64,000 nt of DNA, from the IMG/VR virus record IMGVR_UViG_3300025530_000290. One strand, written 5' to 3'. This DNA comes from an uncultured virus (IMG/VR IMGVR_UViG_3300025530_000290). Its lineage: Duplodnaviria > Heunggongvirae > Uroviricota > Caudoviricetes. The notes under the pieces were generated by a model that saw only the letters and a list, made by a program, of their open reading frames with translations, was not told the origin of the DNA and ran no database searches. Shown here one piece after another: positions 47,775-56,800 of this stretch (its first letter is position 1; every line of letters begins with the position of its first letter). Made by a program: the position numbers and the translations under genes.

Positions 47775-48206
47775 TCAGGAACCCAACAAGATCCCCGCGT
47801 TACGCAGCGACGTCTTCAACTCGATCAGATTCGCCCTCAGCCCCGACTGGCAGTCATCACGCAACGACCGGTACGCCGAGTGCAGCCCCTCAACCGTCTG
47901 AGGGGGATTGGACGGGGACTGAAACACCGGCACATCCGACACCGGGGCCGCCGGCTCGAACGGAATCTCCGGAGCCGGCTCCACCGGGAACGTGGTCCCA
48001 TCAGACTGGCGCACCATCAACTGACCGTTCGCCGCATACAGGTGCGCACCGCTCTCCGGAGCCGACGGTGTCGACCGGTTAGGGATGACCCACCCGGCCG
48101 ACGCCGTAGTCAGCGCCGACCGCCGCTGCACCAGGGCGGAGAGCTGGTCAACCCTCCGCCTGAGATCGGCGAGCTCCTTGAGGAGGTCGTCACGGTATTC
48201 AGGCAC
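47775..48206 (-). CDS. Minor tail protein
   Basis: Follows minor tail gene; DLLKELADLRRRVDQL; PSAPESGAHLYA. Confidence 0.6.
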   Translation of the reverse strand: MPEYRDDLLKELADLRRRVDQLSALVQRRSALTTASAGWVIPNRSTPSAPESGAHLYAANGQLMVRQSDGTTFPVEPAPEIPFEPAAPVSDVPVFQSPSNPPQTVEGLHSAYRSLRDDCQSGLRANLIELKTSLRNAGILLGS

Positions 48207-50064
48207 CCGGCATCTCCTCCTCTTCCTCGAACGTGAGGGTGCATTCCTCGATGTCGCTGCCGCGGGACGGCGGCTTGATCTGCATGCCGACCACCCGCCA
48301 TGCTTTCGCGAAGCTGGCGACGCCGTTCTCGACCGGCCACCACGGGTTAACCAGCATCAACGTCACCTTGTCGCCGAGGTTGCCGGGCCCGAACGTGGTG
48401 TTCGCCGGCAGGCGGACGGTGGCCTCGTGCAGCCGCGTCGCACCCGCACGATTAGCCGCACCCCACCTGGCGTACGCGTTCAACGTCTCCACGTCGCTGA
48501 CATTCGAGTGGTCGGTCGTCACATCCAGCCCCGGCCACCCGGCGTCAAGATGGGCCTGGGCGAGGATCACATCCGACACCGGCGCCTGCGTCTCCTCCGA
48601 GGCGTCATCGCTCGACGCCTGCCCGCGGGCTTGGAACGCCGTGCCACCCCGCACATCGATCGACTCCGACCAGGACAGCACGTTGCCGGGCTGCAAGAAC
48701 TTGTGGTCGGTGGCGTCCGACCCGATGTGCGGGTACCCCCACACCCAATGCCTGGTGCGGGTGCCGTCACCATTGTCGACGACGACGATCATCCACTCGA
48801 ACCCGTCATCGACATCGGCGAGCTCACGCAGCCGCTCACCGACCGACGCCGCATCCGAGGCGAGGAAATGCGCATCCCGCGTCACCCCGGACGTCCCGGA
48901 GGTGAGCACCAGCCCGATGTTGTAGCGCGGCGTCAGCTGCATCGTCGCCAGCAGATCCCGGGCGATCTCAATCTGGTCGACGCCCTCGTACGGGCCCATG
49001 TCCTCGCGGATCTTGACCCGGAACAGGTACGACTCCAGGCTCGAGCCCTCCAGCCGCACCTGGATCGGCTGATCCCGGCCACCCCAGGAGATGCTGGCGG
49101 ACCAGATGATGTAGCTCCCCCAGACCACACCGTTGCGGTACACGTGGCAGACGGTCCGGCCCGGCCCGGTCGACAGGTCCTCCGGATGCCGTGGCACCAC
49201 GCGGGCGACCTTGGCCGCGGTCACCTCGTCGACGACGCTCACCGTAGCCGAGAAGCTCCCGGGCTCGCCGATCCGCCGCTCATATGTGACGTCCTGCAGA
49301 TCCAGGTCATTCGCCACCAGCTCATCCGTCAGCAGGTCGGCGAAAACATAGGTGTAGTGGACGACCTGCTCGCTGGAGTCGATGGCCGGGATCGTCGGCG
49401 CCGGCGCGGGCGGAGGCGTCGGCCCCGACTGCGACGGCGGCGGCACAATGACCGTGAAGCTCTGCCAGACGTCAACCCAGGGGTCGACCTCGAACCACGC
49501 CGTACCAATCGGGCTGTTCGACGGCAGCTGCCGCACGGCCAGCGCCGCGGACGCGAAATCCCGCGACTGCAGCTGCGTGACGCCCTGATGCCCCGCCGGG
49601 TAGAACCAGTCGACATCGCCGCCGGGCAGGTACTGGGTGCCCGCGGCCCACCGCAGCGCCAGGCATCCGGGCTGTCTCGGCGTGGCCGCCGGCACCCGGA
49701 CAGCCCAGGTGAACGGCTCCTCCGCCCCGTCGCCGACCGCGATGATGCCGCTGGCTGAGGCATCCCGCAGCGCGACGATGATGACCACACCGTCCGCACC
49801 GGAGTGCTGCGACACGGTGTACGAGGTGGGCTCGCTCGCGGTGGCGACACGCCGCCACACCTTCGACCCGGCCCACGCGTCTATGAACCCGCCCTGCTGG
49901 CTGATCAGCGTCCACCCGCCGCTGATCTGCAGATCCGACACACTTCCCTGGTCGGAGCCCATGAAAGCGATCAGCAGATCGCCCGGCTGGACACCGGAGG
50001 GCCGCTGGATGGTGGCGCTCGAGCCGGCGAACGCGCGCTGCGAGATGCTGCGGATGGAGGGCAC
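48199..50064 (-). CDS. Minor tail protein (Tal/hub-like) with N-terminal beta-rich domain
   Basis: YTYVFADLLTD...PGSFSATV...RNGVVWGSYIIW; position after Dit. Confidence 0.75.
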   Translation of the reverse strand: MPSIRSISQRAFAGSSATIQRPSGVQPGDLLIAFMGSDQGSVSDLQISGGWTLISQQGGFIDAWAGSKVWRRVATASEPTSYTVSQHSGADGVVIIVALRDASASGIIAVGDGAEEPFTWAVRVPAATPRQPGCLALRWAAGTQYLPGGDVDWFYPAGHQGVTQLQSRDFASAALAVRQLPSNSPIGTAWFEVDPWVDVWQSFTVIVPPPSQSGPTPPPAPAPTIPAIDSSEQVVHYTYVFADLLTDELVANDLDLQDVTYERRIGEPGSFSATVSVVDEVTAAKVARVVPRHPEDLSTGPGRTVCHVYRNGVVWGSYIIWSASISWGGRDQPIQVRLEGSSLESYLFRVKIREDMGPYEGVDQIEIARDLLATMQLTPRYNIGLVLTSGTSGVTRDAHFLASDAASVGERLRELADVDDGFEWMIVVVDNGDGTRTRHWVWGYPHIGSDATDHKFLQPGNVLSWSESIDVRGGTAFQARGQASSDDASEETQAPVSDVILAQAHLDAGWPGLDVTTDHSNVSDVETLNAYARWGAANRAGATRLHEATVRLPANTTFGPGNLGDKVTLMLVNPWWPVENGVASFAKAWRVVGMQIKPPSRGSDIEECTLTFEEEEEMPGA

Positions 50065-50169
50065 CGGCACCTCCCCGCACATCTATCTAATGTCTGAGGA
50101 TCGAGAGGGATGGGCTAACCCCACGGCTGAAGCCGGGGTGCTGCGCCCAAGAATTTCGATCAGACGAGG

Positions 50170-51249
50170 TCAGGTGTAGGACGAGCGGAACAGGATCTCG
50201 CACCCTGCGGTGCCGCCGCTATCAGCCGCGAAAGACACCACGTTGGGGCCGGCGGCGAGGATCCACTCCTCCGGCGGCACACTCTGCGTCGACAGGCTGT
50301 CCATCTTCGACTGGCCGCCGATCACCGCAGTGCCACGCTTGGTGTCGATATCCAGCCGGTCCCCGTCACCCACCGTGATGTCGAACCGCAGCACCCGGCC
50401 GAGCGTGACGTTGGTGATCACCGGGTTTACGACCGGGCCGCGGATCCGCAGCAGCGGACAGGCCTCCATGTCGCCCTCGTTGTCGCAGGTGCGCTGCCCG
50501 CCGACCGGCACGAGCACCGACTGCTGCCGCACATCCAGCCGGGTCGGGTCCGAGCAGCGCCACCGCAGCTGCACCGGGGTGAAGTATTGCCCGTAGTGCT
50601 GGGTGGGCATGATCCGGCCGTCGGGTTTGGCCTCCACCATCAGCGTTTCGCCCGCGGTCCGGATCGTCAGAAAAGACTCCGTGCCGGACGCGGAGATACC
50701 CATCGCTCGGCGGAGATTACGGCTGGCCAGGGTGAACGCCTCCGAGTCGGTGGGCCCGCTGATAGCCACGGTGACCGACACGACCCGCTCGTTCAGCCAG
50801 TCACGGCCGGGCCACGACCCGTGCCGCGCACCCCGGGGGGCGTTGCCGCTGATGAGCTCGGGCATGTCATCCCAGCCCTCCAACGTCCCGTTGATGATCT
50901 GGTAGACGTTGCCCGGCCCGCCGAAGACCAGCCCGGCCCACTCGATCTGGAAGTCCCCGGTGATCAGGTCGCCGGGGCGGACCGGCACGGTGACCTGCAG
51001 GTCCGGCCACTCGGACTCCGTCTCCCAAACACCCTTGGGGTAGGCGTGTTTCCGCAGGTCGAGCGCCGGCCACTCCGCCGCCGTCTCCCACACCGGCAGG
51101 AACAGCCGCGCATCCGGGGTCTCAACCAGCAGCGGAGGCCACTCGGATGCCGTCTCCCAGGCCGGCAGCTGCTGCCGCGCATGGATCTGCCCCAGCCGGG
51201 GGTGGGCGAAGACGAACCGGTTCGGGCGTCCGCGCCCCAGACGAGCCAC
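50170..51249 (-). CDS. Distal tail (Dit)-like protein
   Basis: LEGWDDMP, HGSWPG, WRCSDP, NEGDM...IRGPVVNP; three WETxxEWP repeats at N-terminus. Confidence 0.75.
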   Translation of the reverse strand: MARLGRGRPNRFVFAHPRLGQIHARQQLPAWETASEWPPLLVETPDARLFLPVWETAAEWPALDLRKHAYPKGVWETESEWPDLQVTVPVRPGDLITGDFQIEWAGLVFGGPGNVYQIINGTLEGWDDMPELISGNAPRGARHGSWPGRDWLNERVVSVTVAISGPTDSEAFTLASRNLRRAMGISASGTESFLTIRTAGETLMVEAKPDGRIMPTQHYGQYFTPVQLRWRCSDPTRLDVRQQSVLVPVGGQRTCDNEGDMEACPLLRIRGPVVNPVITNVTLGRVLRFDITVGDGDRLDIDTKRGTAVIGGQSKMDSLSTQSVPPEEWILAAGPNVVSFAADSGGTAGCEILFRSSYT

Positions 51250-51264
51250 AGCGCCACCCCCCTG

Positions 51265-51936
51265 CTACCAGGACCAGGCCCGGTGCACCGCCGCCGCAGA
51301 CACCACAGCCCGCCGCCCGCCACCCGGCGGCGGGTACACGATCAATGTGATCCCGAGCCGGACAACGGAATCAAAAATTACCCCCGAAACCGTGAAGCTG
51401 GCCGCGGCCACGCTCCCCGCCCCCGCCAGCGCATCCTGGGTAGCACACGAGCAGCCGTGAATCTGGCTGATCTCAGCCCGCTCCGTATGGCCGCTGGGCG
51501 GTGTCCACGTCGAGGCCGGGTTCGTCGCCACCAGGCCGAACCTGACCACCAGCGCGCTGTCCCGCTCCGCCGTGGCGGCCGGCGCGGTCACCGTATTGGT
51601 GGACCCCGCGTTACCGGACTGCAGCGTCCGGGTATCCGGGTCAGCGTCCGCGATCGCGATCAGAATTACGTTGTGGCGGGCGCCGCCGCTCCCCCCGCCA
51701 AACGAGTAGCTGCTCGGCTCGCCAGCCCCGGCGACCCGGTAGGACAGGCGCGCCGCAAACCCAGAGCCGCCGCTGTAGATCTGCGTCCACCCCGACGGCA
51801 AACCGCCGCTCAAGCTGTACTCGCTCTGCTGCAGCGCGAACATCAGGTCACCCGACACGACGCCAGTGGGCCGGGTGACATTGAGGCTCGCCGTGGTGCC
51901 GGTGGCCGTGGTCGCATTGCCACGCAGAGAGGGCAT
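51265..51936 (-). CDS. Virion structural protein (beta-rich)
   Basis: RPTGVVSGDL...PSGWT...AGEPSSYSF, similar to the N-terminus of 48199-50064. Confidence 0.6.
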   Translation of the reverse strand: MPSLRGNATTATGTTASLNVTRPTGVVSGDLMFALQQSEYSLSGGLPSGWTQIYSGGSGFAARLSYRVAGAGEPSSYSFGGGSGGARHNVILIAIADADPDTRTLQSGNAGSTNTVTAPAATAERDSALVVRFGLVATNPASTWTPPSGHTERAEISQIHGCSCATQDALAGAGSVAAASFTVSGVIFDSVVRLGITLIVYPPPGGGRRAVVSAAAVHRAWSW

Positions 51937-51949
51937 TGGCGCCCTCCTC

Positions 51950-52426
51950 TCAGCACCGCTCGAAATACATGGTGGCGCGCACGTTCACCGCGGCGCCGGC
52001 CGTGCATCGGATCACGAACCCCTCACCCAGCGGCGAGTCCGGCGACGTGCCGAGCGGCCAGTCATAGATCACCAGGCCCCCGTTCGGGGTGAGCAGCCAC
52101 TCCTCGACCACCGTCAAGACGGTCGGCTCAGTAGTCCAGTTCTTGGCGGCCGTAAACCCGGTGCCCGCGAGCCTGCCGTACCGCTGCCGCACCGCCACCG
52201 AGGTCGAGTTCGTGCCCGGTGCGTTGGTCGCGAACGTCGCCGCGCACAGCTCCACCAGCACCGGTGTCGCCGACGCGGTCACCCCATCGAACGCGACACG
52301 GATGCCCAGCAAGTCGACGCCGTGGTTGGCGGTGGTCGCACCCGACTTGACGCCGAGGATGCTCTTGGGGGCTGTGGACAGGGCGACAGCACCATCAGTA
52401 GTGATCGCGTAACCCGACTTAGCCAC
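51950..52426 (-). CDS. Putative virion structural protein
   Basis: In tail operon; beta-rich. Confidence 0.55.
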   Translation of the reverse strand: MAKSGYAITTDGAVALSTAPKSILGVKSGATTANHGVDLLGIRVAFDGVTASATPVLVELCAATFATNAPGTNSTSVAVRQRYGRLAGTGFTAAKNWTTEPTVLTVVEEWLLTPNGGLVIYDWPLGTSPDSPLGEGFVIRCTAGAAVNVRATMYFERC

Positions 52427-52435
52427 GGTCTGCTC

Positions 52436-52903
52436 CTAGGGGGTGTTGCGGAGGGTGTTGCGCCACGCCCCACCCTCAGGATCGAACGTGATCTCGAAAT
52501 CACCGGCCTCAGTGCTGTACGTCTGGCCGAACGCGCGCAGGATCACGCACCGGTCCGACAGCGACGGGCAGTAGACCAGCAGCCCAGCCGCCGAGATCGT
52601 CGAGTCGGCCCAGGTCACCGTGTCAAAGCTCCACCCCACCCTGTGGGCATCGCTCAGCTGTCCCCACCCGGTCACCGTCAAATCCGCCCCACCCGGCGTG
52701 TAGCCGGTGCCGGACGCCTCGTTCGCATCCCACGGCGACGACCCGTACGCCGGGTCCTCCTGGTCGAAATCCGGCGTCACACCGTCCGTGAACAGGGCGC
52801 CTTTGAACGCGCCGGGAGTGGTGTCACCCAGGTCGAGCGCGATGTCATCGGCCAGGGCTTTGACGAACGTGTCGACGAACCAGCCGTCCTGATCGATGGC
52901 CAC
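52436..52903 (-). CDS. Putative virion structural protein
   Basis: FKGALFTD...NEASGTGYTPGG...VTW motif typical of phage tail-region proteins. Confidence 0.6.
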   Translation of the reverse strand: MAIDQDGWFVDTFVKALADDIALDLGDTTPGAFKGALFTDGVTPDFDQEDPAYGSSPWDANEASGTGYTPGGADLTVTGWGQLSDAHRVGWSFDTVTWADSTISAAGLLVYCPSLSDRCVILRAFGQTYSTEAGDFEITFDPEGGAWRNTLRNTP

Positions 52904-52906
52904 GCC

Positions 52907-53152
52907 TCACACCCCCGTCCGGAGGTTGATCCGCACATCCTGCACCTCGACCCAGCGGCCGCCGACACGGCGCATGCGCCGCCGCACCCGGTTGCCCAGC
53001 TGGTCCAGCACCTCCTGCACGAGCTGGCCGTTCGCATCCCGGTACTCGCGGACCTGGTCACGTGTGGCGTTCGTCCACCCGCCGGCCGGCGGCGTGTGGA
53101 TCGACCGGAGACGAGCCAGGTCAGCGGCCGTATACGCCTGGATTCGGGACAT
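52907..53152 (-). CDS. Hypothetical phage protein
   Basis: RBS AAGGGG; coupled to downstream gene. Confidence 0.45.
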   Translation of the reverse strand: MSRIQAYTAADLARLRSIHTPPAGGWTNATRDQVREYRDANGQLVQEVLDQLGNRVRRRMRRVGGRWVEVQDVRINLRTGV

Positions 53153-53278
53153 ATCGCCCGCCCCTTTCAGACAACAAGCACAAACAACTGGGTCACGAGG
53201 GGATCGAGGTGCGCGCCGAGGCGGCCGTGAGCAGGCGATGATGGCACCGCACACCTGACCTCGATCACGGAGGACCGA

Positions 53279-53854
53279 ATGCGAGCACGATTCACACTCG
53301 CCGTTGCGCTGTTAGCCGCAGCCCTGACCGCCTGCGGCGCGCCGACCGTCACCAGCACCGAGGACACCGAGGCGAGCGGCACGTCCGCTCAGGCCGCAAG
53401 CGGCGACACCCAGCGCAAGGAGCAGAAGAAGAAGCCGGCAGAGGCCACGATCGGCAGCGTCATCACCCTGCGCGGGTTCGACGACGCCAAGATCGCCGTG
53501 AAGGTCAGCCGCGTACTCCCCGATGCCACCGCCGACGGCTTTTTCAAGCCGGACGCCGGCAAACGCTACTACGGGGTCGAGCTCGTCCTCAAAAACGTCG
53601 GCGACACCGCCTACGAGGACTCCCCCTCCAACTGCGCCCTCGTGATCGACAGCGAGGGCCAGCAGTACAGCACCACCATCGTGGATCTCAAGGGCGGCGC
53701 GTCGTTCGGCGGCACCGTCACCCTCGCCCCCGGCGACGTCCGCAAGGGCGTGATCGGGTTCGAGGTGCCGAAGAACGCCAAGATCACCCGGCTGCAGTTC
53801 GCGCTCAACAGCGGGATGGCCGACCACAAGGGCATCTGGCACCTCACCAAGTAG
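53279..53854 (+). CDS. DUF4352-like lipoprotein, antisense to tail operon
   Basis: Lipobox LTAC; VELVLKNVGD...LVIDSEGQQY...LAPGDVRKGVIGFEVPK. Confidence 0.8.
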   Translation: MRARFTLAVALLAAALTACGAPTVTSTEDTEASGTSAQAASGDTQRKEQKKKPAEATIGSVITLRGFDDAKIAVKVSRVLPDATADGFFKPDAGKRYYGVELVLKNVGDTAYEDSPSNCALVIDSEGQQYSTTIVDLKGGASFGGTVTLAPGDVRKGVIGFEVPKNAKITRLQFALNSGMADHKGIWHLTK

Positions 53855-53877
53855 GCGCCGCGCCAGACCCCTTGTGG

Positions 53878-56800
53878 TCAGCGCATCCGCAGCTGCGCGC
53901 CGAGCATGTGCCGCAGCTCCTGCGCGATCGCGAACGGCGACTGCTCGGGTGTGGCGTGGAACTCCTCGATCTGCACCAGCGGCCCACCGCCAGAGCGCAG
54001 ATCCCGCCACTGCTGATCAGTAAGAACCGGCTCCGGCCTACCGGTGCCGTTGTAGACCAGGCTCGTGCCCGGCATCAGCCAGCCACCCTGGTCATAGTGG
54101 CCGAACCGGACCGGGATGTCCTCGTTCTTGCTGACCAGCACCACCACGTCCTGCTGCTGCCGGACCGAGGCCAGCATCGCCGACGACTTGATCTTGTCCA
54201 CGGGAGCCGCCGCGGACTTCGCGGACGTCTTGCCCGCGCCCGCGGCGGCCTTCCCCGCCGTCGCCGCCACCTGCACCAGCGTCGCCTGCAGCTCACCGGT
54301 CGCCTTGGCGACCGTCTCGCCGAGGTTCGTGGTGGCGACCACCAGCTTTGAGGCCGCCTCGGTCTCCGCCTCCGCGACCTGCGTGATGCTCTGGGCCGTC
54401 GCCTCCGCCGCCTGGTCCCACGCCGCCGAGAGCGTCTGCGACGTGGACGTCAACCCGGCCGAGGCGCGCTGCCACGCGTCACCGACCGCGCCGGTCAGCA
54501 CCGTCGTGCCCTCGGCGAGCGCCTCCCGCAGCATCTCGCTCGACTTGACCAGCGTCGCCGAGATCGTGCCGGTGGACTGGGACACCGTGGCCGACACCTG
54601 CCGCACCGCCGCGGACGCGGCCGACCCCGAGCCTGTGGGCGGGATCACCCCGCCCGCGGCCATGAACGCGGCCGCCTGCAGCGCCTCGAGATAGCCGCCG
54701 CCGGCGAGGCTGGACGCGGGGACCACGGCCTGGCCCATCGCCGCCGCTGCCTGCCCCAGCACCCGCAGACTCCGCCGATCCCGCCGCAGCGGAATGAAAG
54801 CCTCCGGCCCTGCCTCACCGAACAGCACCGTCGGAGTGTCGGTGATGTGAGCCCTCGGCCGTCTGATCCCGCCGCGCGCGTACCCGACGATCCCGCCGCG
54901 GGCGAACGCCTGCGGCGGGCGGCCGATCAGCTGCGCCGCACGCGCCGGCACCTCACGCACAAAAGCGCCCGTGTAGGGCGCCTCGATGATCGTCGTCGGC
55001 GACGAATACAGCCACACGTGCCCCGGGTGCGGGAACCCCAGGTCACCGGGCGACGGGGACTGGACCGGTTTGACCCACGCCATCTGCTGCTGGCTCGTGC
55101 GCGGGATGTCCTTCACCCCGGCCGCCTGCCAGGCCCGCATCACTAGACCCGAGCAGTCGAACGCGTCCGGGCCCGTGCCGCCCCACTGGTACGGCTTGCC
55201 GATCTGCGCACGCGCGTAGGCGATCGCCTTCCCCGCCCCGGCCGTCATCTCCTTCTCGCCGAGGAAGTTGATGACCTCGCTGATCATCTTGCGGGGGATG
55301 CCGACGAGCATACGGCCCCACGCGCTGTCCCCCATCGCCCGCTCCGCCGCATCCAGCAGCGGATTCAGCAGCTTCTCGGCACCGATCTTGATACCGCCCG
55401 CGAGGACCTTCTTCACATCGCCGACGATGCCGCCTTCGGCGAAAGCCCCCGCAAACCCGGACGGGTCGCCGGCGATACCGAGCGCGCGGGCCACACCGGC
55501 CACACCGCCCCGGCGCGCGGCCGCGTTCATCTTGTGGACGTATTCCTCGCCGACAACCTTCGTCCACTCGGGGCGCATGATCGCCTCACCGCCGGACACG
55601 GCGGCCAGCGCGACGTCCTTACCCGGGGTGTAGCCGGGCACCACGCCGCCGCGCGCGAACGCCAGCGTCGACAGCTTCGGCAGCTTCAGGAAATCGGCGA
55701 CGGTGTTCCAGACCTTGACGATGCCGTTGTTGTAGACGACATCGACGATGAACTTCACCGGGGCGCGGGCGGCTTCCTTGACCTTGTCCCAGGCGGTCCG
55801 GATGAGCTCGACACCCTTTTTGAAGCCGTCCGGGATGGTCTTGAAGATCACCTCATACAGCTTGTCGAAGACAGGCTTGAGGAATTTTTCCCAGACCGTC
55901 GTGATCGTCGACTTGATGCCGTCCCAGGCCGGGACGATGATGTTCTTCCAGATCCAGGTGAACACCGGCCCCAGCGTGTTCTTGATGAAGTTCCAGATGG
56001 CCTGGAGCGCGGGCTTGATGACGTTCTCCCACGCGGCCTTGATGGCCGTCTGGATGCCCTGCCAGGCTGGGACGATGATGTTCTGCCAGATCCACGTGAA
56101 GACAGGGCCGAGCGTGTTCTTGATGAAATTCCAGATCGCTTGCAGCGCGGGCTTGATGAAGTTGTTCCACGCCGTCTGAATAGCGGTCTGGATGCCCTGC
56201 CAGGCTGGGACGATGATGTTCTGCCAGATCCATTCGAAGACCGGCCCCAGCGTGTCTTTGATAAACGACCACAAAGCCTCGAGGGCGGGCTTGATAAAGC
56301 CCTCCCACGCGGTCTTGATGGCCGTCTTAATGGCCTCCCACGCCGCCGTGACAATGTTCCGGAACGTTTCGGAGTTGTTCCAGGCGTAGACCAGCCCGGC
56401 GACCAGCAACCCAATCGCGGTGACGATCAGGCCGATCGGGTTGGCCTTGAGCGCGATGTTGAGGACCTTCTGCGCGGCGGCCCACGCCAGCGTCGCCCCG
56501 CGGATCACCGCCTGCGTCGCCGCAAACGCCAGCGTCCGGGCCCGCGCCAACGCAGCCTGCGCGGCGATCTTGCCGTACTCGAGCGCGGCCCGGCCAAGCG
56601 ACGCCGCCGCGCCGGCCGCAGCCCGCGCACCGTTCGCGATCGCCGTCCCGGCCGTGCGGGCCGCCGCGCCGGCGCGCTGCGCCGCCGTGCGGATCCCGTC
56701 CCACGCCGCGGTCGCGCCGCGCGCAGCGACCGACCCGGCGGTACGCGCCGCGTTCGCGATCGCCGACCCCGCCGACCGGGCCACCTGCGCGGCCTTCGAC

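Noticed and set aside
55900..56350. ~120-bp tandem DNA repeats
   Set aside because: Explained by the 40-aa tape measure repeats
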